A stretch of DNA of 64,000 nt, taken from NCBI RefSeq assembly GCF_003019035.1, contig NZ_CP027447.1. One strand, written 5' to 3'. The notes under the pieces were generated by a model. The model did no database searches. It was not told the origin of the DNA and was given only the letters and a program-made list of their open reading frames with translations. Shown here piece by piece: positions 57,801-64,000 of the stretch. The translations under genes and the position numbers were made by a program. Positions within the stretch are counted from its first letter, which is position 1; each line of letters begins with the position of its first letter. Source of the stretch: Escherichia coli (GTDB taxonomy: Bacteria > Pseudomonadota > Gammaproteobacteria > Enterobacterales > Enterobacteriaceae).

Positions 57801-58505
57801 CTAAAAGGGCTAAAAAAAGATGCCACTCAGGTGAGCAAAAACCTGCTCCCACGTCTTGAAACTGCCCTGCGCACCACCCGACGCTGGTCGCTGGCAGATT
57901 TTCATTCTCTGTTTGTTAATCATCCCTTTACCCGCCTGGTTACTCAGCGATTGATATGGGCGGTTTATCCGGCAAATGAACCGCGTCGTTTACTCAACGC
58001 CTTTCGTGTGGCCGCTGAGGGGGAGTTCTGCAATGAGCAAGATGAGCCAATTGACCTGCCTGCCGATGCTCTGATTGGCATTGCCCACCCGTTAGAAATG
58101 ACAGCAGAAATGCGCAGTGAATTTGCACAGCTTTTTGCCGATTACGAAATTATGCCGCCTTTTCGCCAGTTGACGCGGCGCACAGTGCTGCTCACGCCTG
58201 ACGAGTCAGCCAGTAATAGTTTGAATCGCTGGGAAGGTAAATCTGCTACCGTTGGGCAGCTTATGGGAATGCGATACAAAGGCTGGGAGTCAGGCTATGA
58301 GAACGCATTTGTCTATGACCTGGGCGAGTACCGGCTGGTCCTTAAGTTTTCATCCGGTTTTAACCACTACAATGTTGATAGCAAAGCGCTAATGAGCTTC
58401 CGTTCTCTTCATGTATACCGTGACAATAAATCTGTCACTTTTGCCGAACTTGATGTGTTTGATTTGAGTGAAGCGTTAAGCGCACCCGACGTCATTTTCC
58501 ATTAA
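54843..58505 (+). CDS. yehI: Large paralog of YehH lacking the WGR-like N-terminus (YehI)
   Basis: 1220-aa ORF. Shared blocks with YehH include LRLRKHLSLAEES, PEKPEIA, DLFTAWQ, LDFGPRQFTV and QLFADYE. Confidence 0.85.
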   Translation: MDKELPWLADNAQLELKYKKGKTPLSHRNWPGEPVPVITESIIQTLGDELLHIAEKKKNIVWRYDNFSLEWQSAITQAINLIGEHKPSIPARTMAALACIAQNDSQQLLDEIVQQEGLEYATEVVIARQFIVRCYESDPLVVTLQYQKEDYGYGYGYGYGYGYGYRSETYNEFDLRLRKHLSLAEESCWQRCADKLIAALPGLPQVRRPFIALILPEKPEIANELVGLECPWTHFHSKEWLKVVATDHRAVGKLERYWSQDIFSDREASYMSHENHFGYAACAALLREQGIAAVPRLAMYAHKEDCGSLLVQINHPQVIRTLLLVADKNKPSLQRVAKYSKNFPHATLAALAELLALKEPPARPGYPIIEDKKLPAQQKARDEYWRTLLQTLMASQPQLAEEVMPWLSTQAQAVLNSYLSAPPKTVIDSTDNIQMPEILVSPPWRSKKKMTVPRLDLAPFELTPQVYWQPGERERLAATESARYFSTESLAERMEQKSGRVVLQELGFGDDVWLFLNYILPGKLDAARNSLIVQWHYYPGRVEEIMNGWSSPEAQLAEQALRNGHVEVLINIWENDSYSRYRREKSIWNLYLLAQLPREMALTFWLRINEKKHLSAGEDYYLSIFGLDALPGLLLAFSHRPKETFPLILNFGATELALPVARVWRRFAAQRDLARQWILHWPEHTATALIPLVFTKSSDNSEAALLALRLLYEQGHGELLQTVANRWQRTDVWPALEQLLKQSPIEIYPTRIPKAPDFWQPAMWSRPRLITNNQPVTDDALEIIGEMLCFTQGGRFYSGLEQLKTFCQPQTLAAFAWDLFTAWQQAGATAKDNWAFLALSLFGDESTARDLTTQILAWPQEGKSARAVSGLNILTQMNNDMALIQLHHISQRAKSRPLRDNAAEFLQVVAENRGLSQEQLADRLVPTLGLDDPQALSFDFGPRQFTVRFDENLNPVIFDQQNVRQKSVPRLRADDDQLKAPEALARLKGLKKDATQVSKNLLPRLETALRTTRRWSLADFHSLFVNHPFTRLVTQRLIWAVYPANEPRRLLNAFRVAAEGEFCNEQDEPIDLPADALIGIAHPLEMTAEMRSEFAQLFADYEIMPPFRQLTRRTVLLTPDESASNSLNRWEGKSATVGQLMGMRYKGWESGYENAFVYDLGEYRLVLKFSSGFNHYNVDSKALMSFRSLHVYRDNKSVTFAELDVFDLSEALSAPDVIFH
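55293..55334 (+). repeat. Hexanucleotide microsatellite (TATGGC)6 plus TATGGT inside yehI, encoding a (Tyr-Gly)7 tract
   Basis: Seen directly; translated as DYGYGYGYGYGYGYRS. The paralog YehH has no repeat at the equivalent position. Confidence 0.9.
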
Positions 58506-58565
58506 AACACAGCGGGCAGTGATGCGACTGCCCGTTATTAACACGACCTGCCACCGGGGGAAGCG

Positions 58566-58886
58566 ATGATCGTGCAAAAAGAGCTGGTCACTATTTACGA
58601 TTATGAGGCCCCTGTACCTGAAGAGCCGTTTTCCTTCAGACTTGAGATCCATAAATGCTCTGAATTATTTACAGGTTCCATCTACCGGCTGGAGCGATTC
58701 CGGCTACATCCAACATTTCATCAACGTGATCGAGAGGATATCGACCCGCTAATAAATGATGCGTTGATTTATATAAGAGATGAGTTTATTGATGAGCGAA
58801 AATTACGGGGCGAATCACCAGAAACGGTAATAGCCATTTTTAATCGTGAACTACAGAATATATTCAACCAAGAAATAGAAAAATAG
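58566..58886 (+). CDS. yehK: Small protein of unknown function YehK
   Basis: 106-aa ORF; AGGGG-rich upstream region; followed by a hairpin terminator. Confidence 0.75.
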   Translation: MIVQKELVTIYDYEAPVPEEPFSFRLEIHKCSELFTGSIYRLERFRLHPTFHQRDREDIDPLINDALIYIRDEFIDERKLRGESPETVIAIFNRELQNIFNQEIEK

Positions 58887-58892
58887 CTTTAT

Positions 58893-58920
58893 TAAAGGGG
58901 GGAAACGGTATTCCCCCTTA
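58893..58920. terminator. Bidirectional hairpin terminator between yehK and the convergent small toxin-like ORF
   Basis: GGGGGAA-acggta-TTCCCCC hairpin at 58898-58917. Confidence 0.55.
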
Positions 58921-58940
58921 GATGCGTTTCAATTTGCCCG

Positions 58941-59030
58941 TTACTTCAACAAATCAATCAGCCGTAACAGAGCCACTAATAACTCCAGTACGGCAATGAG
59001 CACGGTTAACTTTTGTGTCAGCGTGTCCAT
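58941..59030 (-). CDS. Unannotated 29-aa hydrophobic peptide, TisB/DinQ-like type I toxin candidate (MDTLTQKLTVLIAVLELLVALLRLIDLLK)
   Basis: Hand translation of the minus strand. AAGGAG sits 5 nt before the ATG. The product is a single amphipathic helix resembling TisB and DinQ from memory. It is below the ORF-track size cut-off. Confidence 0.55.
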   Translation of the reverse strand: MDTLTQKLTVLIAVLELLVALLRLIDLLK

Positions 59031-59211
59031 CCGCTCTCCTTATTAAGGAGCGCAACACCAGCATCTTACCCTTACACTGCCTGTCGATACTGGTTTACGT
59101 ATGTTGGACCACGATGTTGCACTCCGGATCAGGGCACTACCTGCGGCACCACCCGTCCGGTAGCCAGGACTTGAAATGGGTTCGATCCGGCGCAACGTCC
59201 CAACAGTCAGG

Positions 59212-59239
59212 ATTATAAATCTCATTATCTTAATTGCAA
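59212..59239 (-). promoter_or_regulatory. Putative sigma70 promoter for the toxin-like mRNA (-35 TTGCAA, 16-nt spacer, -10 TATAAT on the minus strand)
   Basis: Near-consensus hexamers seen directly. The -35 TTGCAA is palindromic and is shared with the divergent plus-strand promoter. Confidence 0.5.
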
Positions 59240-59262
59240 CGGGGTCCACCGATGGTTATAAT
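59234..59262 (+). promoter_or_regulatory. Putative sigma70 promoter for the plus-strand sRNA (-35 TTGCAA, 17-nt spacer, -10 TATAAT)
   Basis: Consensus -10 and near-consensus -35 with optimal spacing, about 7 nt upstream of the predicted sRNA 5' end. Confidence 0.55.
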
Positions 59263-59268
59263 TCGTTC

Positions 59269-59352
59269 GTTGGAACACGATGTTGCACAGGCCGTGGTGT
59301 TAGGCCTGAAAGTAGTAAATAAAAGAACCTGCCTCACCAGCAGGTTTTTTTA
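59269..59352 (+). ncRNA. Putative ~80-nt trans-acting antitoxin-like sRNA
   Basis: Predicted 5' end GTTGGAACACGATGTTGCAC; internal stem-loop CAGGCC-N9-GGCCTG at 59288-59308; AU-rich linker; terminator ACCTGC-ctcacca-GCAGGT plus a run of 7 T (59327-59352). Confidence 0.5.
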
Positions 59353-59462
59353 TTTACTATGATCTGCTTTCCAGATATTTTCCGCTCAAACAACTAATGC
59401 GCCAAACATTTATTGCGCGTAAAATATCGTTTATTTCATTAATACATTTCAGGGATGAATAT

Positions 59463-60551
59463 ATGTCACCGCAGAATAATCATCTGCAGCGTCCGCCTGC
59501 CGCTGTGTTATACGCCGATGAACTGGCAAAATTAAAACAAAATGATCACGCACCTTGCCCGCCCGGTTGGCAGTTAAGTTTGCCTGCGGCCCGTGTTTTT
59601 ATCCTTGGCGACGAAGCACAAAATATTAGCCGTAAAGTCGTGATTAGCCCCTCCGCTGTCGAACGCATGTTAGTCACTCTCGCTACCGGGCGCGGTTTGA
59701 TGTTGGTGGGGGAACCTGGCACCGCAAAATCGCTCCTGTCTGAATTACTGGCAACCGCTATTAGCGGCGATGCCGGGTTAACCATCCAGGGCGGCGCATC
59801 TACTACTGAAGATCAAATCAAGTACGGCTGGAACTACGCCCTGCTTATCAACCATGGTCCGTCAACGGAAGCACTGGTCCCTGCCCCGCTTTACCAGGGA
59901 ATGCGCGACGGCAAAATCGTCCGTTTTGAAGAGATAACGCGTACACCGCTGGAAGTACAAGACTGTCTGTTAGGTATGCTTTCTGACAGGGTGATGACGG
60001 TGCCGGAGCTCACCGCTGAAGCCAGTCAGCTCTATGCGCGGGAAGGCTTTAATATTATTGCCACTGCCAATACCCGCGATCGCGGCGTCAATGAAATGAG
60101 TGCTGCGCTAAAGCGTCGTTTCGATTTTGAAACTGTCTTTCCGATTATGGATTTCGCTCAGGAGCTGGAGCTTGTCGCCAGTGCTTCGGCGCGTTTGCTG
60201 GCCCATAGCGGTATTCCGCATAAAGTGCCTGACGCGGTACTGGAGTTACTGGTCCGCACCTTCCGCGATCTGCGTGCCAACGGCGAAAAGAAAACGTCAA
60301 TGGATACACTAACAGCGATTATGTCCACCGCTGAAGCCGTGAACGTGGCCCACGCTGTGGGCGTCCGCGCCTGGTTTTTAGCGAATCGCGCAGGTGAGCC
60401 AGCCGATCTGGTGGACTGTATTGCCGGAACCATCGTCAAAGATAACGAAGAAGATCGCGCGCGTCTGCGCCGTTACTTCGAACAGCGAGTCGCCACACAT
60501 AATGAAGCTCACTGGCAGGCTTATTATCAAGCTCGCCACCGCCTGCCGTGA
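59463..60551 (+). CDS. yehL: MoxR-like AAA+ ATPase YehL
   Basis: 362 aa from the ATG at 59463. Walker A (LVGEPGTAKS), Walker B-like (IVRFEEITR) and a sensor region (TANTRDRGVNEMSAALKRRFDF). The ORF track adds 22 codons upstream. Confidence 0.85.
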   Translation: MSPQNNHLQRPPAAVLYADELAKLKQNDHAPCPPGWQLSLPAARVFILGDEAQNISRKVVISPSAVERMLVTLATGRGLMLVGEPGTAKSLLSELLATAISGDAGLTIQGGASTTEDQIKYGWNYALLINHGPSTEALVPAPLYQGMRDGKIVRFEEITRTPLEVQDCLLGMLSDRVMTVPELTAEASQLYAREGFNIIATANTRDRGVNEMSAALKRRFDFETVFPIMDFAQELELVASASARLLAHSGIPHKVPDAVLELLVRTFRDLRANGEKKTSMDTLTAIMSTAEAVNVAHAVGVRAWFLANRAGEPADLVDCIAGTIVKDNEEDRARLRRYFEQRVATHNEAHWQAYYQARHRLP

Positions 60552-60561
60552 GGAAAGATGC

Positions 60562-62841
60562 ATGAGCGAGCCGTTAATTGTCGGCATCCGGCATCATAGT
60601 CCGGCCTGCGCCCGGCTGGTGAAATCGTTAATCGAAAGCCAGCGGCCACGATACGTGTTGATTGAAGGCCCGGCTGATTTTAATGACCGGGTAGACGAAC
60701 TGTTGTTAGCCCACCAGCTTCCGGTAGCTATTTACAGTTATTGCCAGTATCAGGATGGTGCGGCCCCCGGGCGTGGTGCCTGGACGCCATTTGCTGAATT
60801 TTCGCCGGAGTGGCAGGCGCTACAAGCCGCACGTCGTATTCAGGCACAAACTTACTTCATCGATTTGCCTTGCTGGGCACAAAGTGAAGAAGAGGACGAT
60901 TCGCCTGATACGCAAGAGGAAAGCCAGACCTTGCTGCTGCGTGCCACCCGCATGGATAACAGCGACACCCTGTGGGATCACTTGTTCGAAGATGAAAGCC
61001 AGCAAACTGCATTACCCTCTGCACTGGCGCACTATTTTGCCCAACTGCGGGGCGACGCCTCCGGCGATGCACTCAATCGTCAGCGCGAAGCCTTTATGGC
61101 CCGCTGGATTGCATGGGCGATGCAGCAAAATAATGGCGACGTATTAGTCGTCTGCGGAGGCTGGCACGCTCCGGCACTGGCAAAAATGTGGCGCGAATGC
61201 CCGCAAGAAATTAACACGCCAGAATTGCTCTTACTGGATGATGCCGTTACAGGTTGCTATCTCACGCCATACAGTGAAAAGCGCCTTGATGTGCTGGCAG
61301 GATACCTTTCAGGAATGCCTGCCCCGGTCTGGCAAAACTGGTGCTGGCGGTGGGGCTTGCAGCAGGCAGGTGAACAACTGCTGAAAACGGTTCTTACCCG
61401 TTTGCGCCAGCACCACTTGCCTGCTTCAACAGCGGATATGGCTGCCGCTCATCTGCATGCGATGGCACTGGCACAGTTGCGCGGTCATACACTACCGTTA
61501 CGCACTGACTGGCTGGATGCCATAGCAGGATCGCTGATTAAAGAAGCCCTGAATGCGCCGTTGCCGTGGAGCTATCGCGGCGTTATTCATCCCGATACCG
61601 ATCCGATTCTGCTAACGTTGATAGACACATTAGCGGGTGACGGATTCGGTAAACTTGCCCCTTCTACGCCACAACCGCCTCTGCCAAAAGATGTCACCTG
61701 CGAACTGGAACGTACCGCAATCTCTCTTCCGGCGGAGCTTACCTTAAATCGCTTTACCTCCGATGGACTGGCGCAAAGTCAGGTGTTACATCGGCTGGTA
61801 ATACTGGAGATCCCAGGGGTTGTGCGCCAGCAGGGAAGTACACTGACACTTGCAGGCAACGGTGAAGAACGCTGGAAATTAACCCGCCCGCTTAGCCAAC
61901 ATGCGGCATTAATTGAGGCCGCCTGCTTTGGTGCCACACTCCAGGAAGCCGCACGCCATAAATTAGAAGCCGATATGCTGGACGCGGGTGGAATCGGCAG
62001 TATCACCACATGTCTTAGCCAGGCGGCGTTAGCGGGTCTGGCGTCCTTCAGTCAACAATTACTGGAGCAACTTACATTATTAATCGCCCAGGAAAATCAG
62101 TTTGCCGAAATGGGCCAGGCGCTGGAAGTGCTATACGCCTTATGGCGGCTGGATGAAATTAGCGGTATGCAAGGCGCGCAGATATTACAGACGACGTTAT
62201 GCGCAGCTATCGATCGCACACTCTGGCTGTGTGAATCCAACGGCAGACCGGATGAAAAGGAGTTTCACGCTCACCTGCATAGCTGGCAAGCGCTTTGCCA
62301 TATCCTGCGCGATCTACATAGCGGCGTTAATTTACCCGGCGTTTCGCTTTCTGCGGCGGTAGCCTTACTGGAGCGCCGCAGTCAGGCGATTCATGCCCCG
62401 GCGCTGGATCGCGGCGCGGCTCTTGGCGCACTAATGCGTCTGGAACATCCCAACGCCAGTGCCGAAGCGGCGCTGACGATGCTGGCGCAGTTATCCCCGG
62501 CACAATCCGGCGAGGCGCTGCACGGTTTGCTGGCATTAGCCCGTCATCAACTGGCCTGTCAGCCGGCATTTATCGCCGGTTTCAGTAGTCATTTAAATCA
62601 ACTGAGTGACGACGATTTTATTAACGCCCTGCCCGATTTACGCGCGGCGATGGCCTGGCTACCACCACGAGAACGCGGGACGCTGGCGCATCAGGTGCTT
62701 GAGCATTACCAGCTCGCACAGCTTCCCATTTCAGCGCTGCAAATGCCGTTGCATTGTCCACCGCAAGCCATTGCACATCATCAACAACTCGAACAGCAGG
62801 CACTGGCATCGCTGCAACACTGGGGAGTTTTCCATGTCTGA
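60562..62841 (+). CDS. yehM: Large protein of unknown function YehM
   Basis: 759 aa from the ATG at 60562 (MSEPLIVGIRHHSPACARLV), 10 nt after the yehL stop. Its stop overlaps the yehP start (ATGTCTGA). Confidence 0.8.
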   Translation: MSEPLIVGIRHHSPACARLVKSLIESQRPRYVLIEGPADFNDRVDELLLAHQLPVAIYSYCQYQDGAAPGRGAWTPFAEFSPEWQALQAARRIQAQTYFIDLPCWAQSEEEDDSPDTQEESQTLLLRATRMDNSDTLWDHLFEDESQQTALPSALAHYFAQLRGDASGDALNRQREAFMARWIAWAMQQNNGDVLVVCGGWHAPALAKMWRECPQEINTPELLLLDDAVTGCYLTPYSEKRLDVLAGYLSGMPAPVWQNWCWRWGLQQAGEQLLKTVLTRLRQHHLPASTADMAAAHLHAMALAQLRGHTLPLRTDWLDAIAGSLIKEALNAPLPWSYRGVIHPDTDPILLTLIDTLAGDGFGKLAPSTPQPPLPKDVTCELERTAISLPAELTLNRFTSDGLAQSQVLHRLVILEIPGVVRQQGSTLTLAGNGEERWKLTRPLSQHAALIEAACFGATLQEAARHKLEADMLDAGGIGSITTCLSQAALAGLASFSQQLLEQLTLLIAQENQFAEMGQALEVLYALWRLDEISGMQGAQILQTTLCAAIDRTLWLCESNGRPDEKEFHAHLHSWQALCHILRDLHSGVNLPGVSLSAAVALLERRSQAIHAPALDRGAALGALMRLEHPNASAEAALTMLAQLSPAQSGEALHGLLALARHQLACQPAFIAGFSSHLNQLSDDDFINALPDLRAAMAWLPPRERGTLAHQVLEHYQLAQLPISALQMPLHCPPQAIAHHQQLEQQALASLQHWGVFHV

Positions 62842-63970
62842 ACTGAACGATCTTCTGACCACCCGTGAGCTACAACGCTGGCGATTAATTCTTGGCGAAG
62901 CGGCAGAAACGACGCTTTGTGGGCTGGATGACAACGCCCGGCAGATAGACCACGCGCTGGAGTGGCTGTACGGGCGCGATCCTGAACGGCTCCAGCGTGG
63001 TGAACGCTCTGGTGGATTAGGTGGCTCAAATCTCACCACCCCTGAGTGGATCAACAGTATTCACACGCTGTTTCCGCAACAGGTGATTGAGCGACTGGAA
63101 AGCGATGCCGTACTGCGCTACGGCATTGAAGATGTGGTGACGAATCTCGACGTGCTGGAACGTATGCAGCCTTCTGAAAGCCTGCTACGCGCCGTTTTGC
63201 ACACCAAACATCTGATGAATCCCGAAGTACTGGCTGCCGCCCGCCAGATAGTGCGCCAGGTTGTTGAAGAAATTATGGCTCGACTGGCAAAGGAAGTTCG
63301 TCAGGCTTTTTCTGGTGTCCGCGATCGCCGTCGCCGCTCATTTATTCCACTGGCGCGAAACTTTGATTTCAAAAGTACTCTGCGCGCCAACCTGCAACAC
63401 TGGCACCCGCAACACGGCAAGTTGTATATCGAATCCCCCCGCTTTAACAGCCGCATTAAACGCCAAAGCGAACAATGGCAACTGGTCTTACTGGTTGATC
63501 AAAGCGGATCAATGGTGGACTCGGTGATCCACTCAGCGGTGATGGCGGCCTGTTTATGGCAGTTACCCGGTATTCGTACCCATCTGGTGGCGTTTGACAC
63601 CAGCGTGGTTGATCTCACGGCAGACGTTGCCGATCCGGTAGAGTTATTAATGAAAGTGCAATTAGGCGGCGGAACCAATATCGCCAGTGCCATGGAATAT
63701 GGTCGGCAACTTATTGAACAACCAGCGAAAAGCGTCATTATCCTCGTGAGTGATTTTTATGAAGGGGGTTCATCATCATTGCTGACGCATCAGGTGAAAA
63801 AGTGTGTCCAGAGCGGCATCAAAGTGCTGGGGCTGGCAGCGCTCGACAGCACCGCAACGCCTTGCTATGACCGCGATATGGCCCAGGCGCTGGTTAATGT
63901 TGGCGCACAAATAGCCGCAATGACACCGGGTGAACTGGCTACCTGGCTTGCGGAGAATTTGCAGTCATGA
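62834..63970 (+). CDS. yehP: von Willebrand factor A domain protein YehP
   Basis: 378 aa from the ATG at 62834. MIDAS DxSxS motif (LLVDQSGSMVDS) and a C-terminal vWA fold signature (IILVSDFYEGG). Confidence 0.85.
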   Translation: MSELNDLLTTRELQRWRLILGEAAETTLCGLDDNARQIDHALEWLYGRDPERLQRGERSGGLGGSNLTTPEWINSIHTLFPQQVIERLESDAVLRYGIEDVVTNLDVLERMQPSESLLRAVLHTKHLMNPEVLAAARQIVRQVVEEIMARLAKEVRQAFSGVRDRRRRSFIPLARNFDFKSTLRANLQHWHPQHGKLYIESPRFNSRIKRQSEQWQLVLLVDQSGSMVDSVIHSAVMAACLWQLPGIRTHLVAFDTSVVDLTADVADPVELLMKVQLGGGTNIASAMEYGRQLIEQPAKSVIILVSDFYEGGSSSLLTHQVKKCVQSGIKVLGLAALDSTATPCYDRDMAQALVNVGAQIAAMTPGELATWLAENLQS

Positions 63971-64000
63971 ATTCACTACGTCCGGAATTATTAGAACTGA
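63967..64000 (+). CDS. yehQ: YehQ, 5' end only; gene continues beyond window
   Basis: ATG at 63967 overlaps the yehP stop (ATGA); translation MNSLRPELLEL...; identity is inferred from gene order only. Confidence 0.55.
   Translation, partial: MNSLRPELLEL

Noticed and set aside
59015-59249. Two overlapping 67/68-aa ORFs on opposite strands in the yehK-yehL spacer
   Set aside because: No RBS for either and low-complexity products; the same DNA is better explained by divergent promoters, a toxin leader and a 29-codon ORF with a proper RBS.

Overview
This 64-kb window is a largely core Escherichia coli chromosomal region that I recognise from memory as the dgcE/alkA to yehQ stretch; no search was run. 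It contains about 60 protein genes in the order dgcE(3' part)-alkA-yegD-yegI-yegJ-pphC(yegK)-yegL, a tandem ibs/sib type I toxin-antitoxin repeat array, mdtABCD-baeSR, yegP, a ParD/ParE-like pair, yegQ, the CyaR sRNA, yegR, yegS, gatRDCBAZY, fbaB, yegTUVWX, thiDM with its TPP riboswitch, rcnR-rcnA-rcnB, the yehABCD fimbrial operon, yehE, apbC(mrp), metG, and yehH-yehI-yehK-yehL-yehM-yehP-yehQ(start). No rRNA, tRNA, CRISPR array, transposase or integrase was seen. The most interesting candidates are: (1) an unannotated 29-codon TisB/DinQ-like hydrophobic ORF in the yehK-yehL spacer, paired with a divergent small RNA whose 5' end matches a target in the toxin leader; (2) the translationally coupled yehL-yehM-yehP-yehQ module (MoxR-like AAA+ ATPase plus vWA protein) downstream of two giant tandem paralogs, yehH and yehI; (3) the yegI/pphC/yegL kinase-phosphatase-vWA trio; (4) a ParDE-like cassette between yegP and yegQ; and (5) three rather than two ibs/sib units. 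All coordinates come from reading the sequence and the ORF track; family assignments rest on motifs and remembered homology, not database hits.
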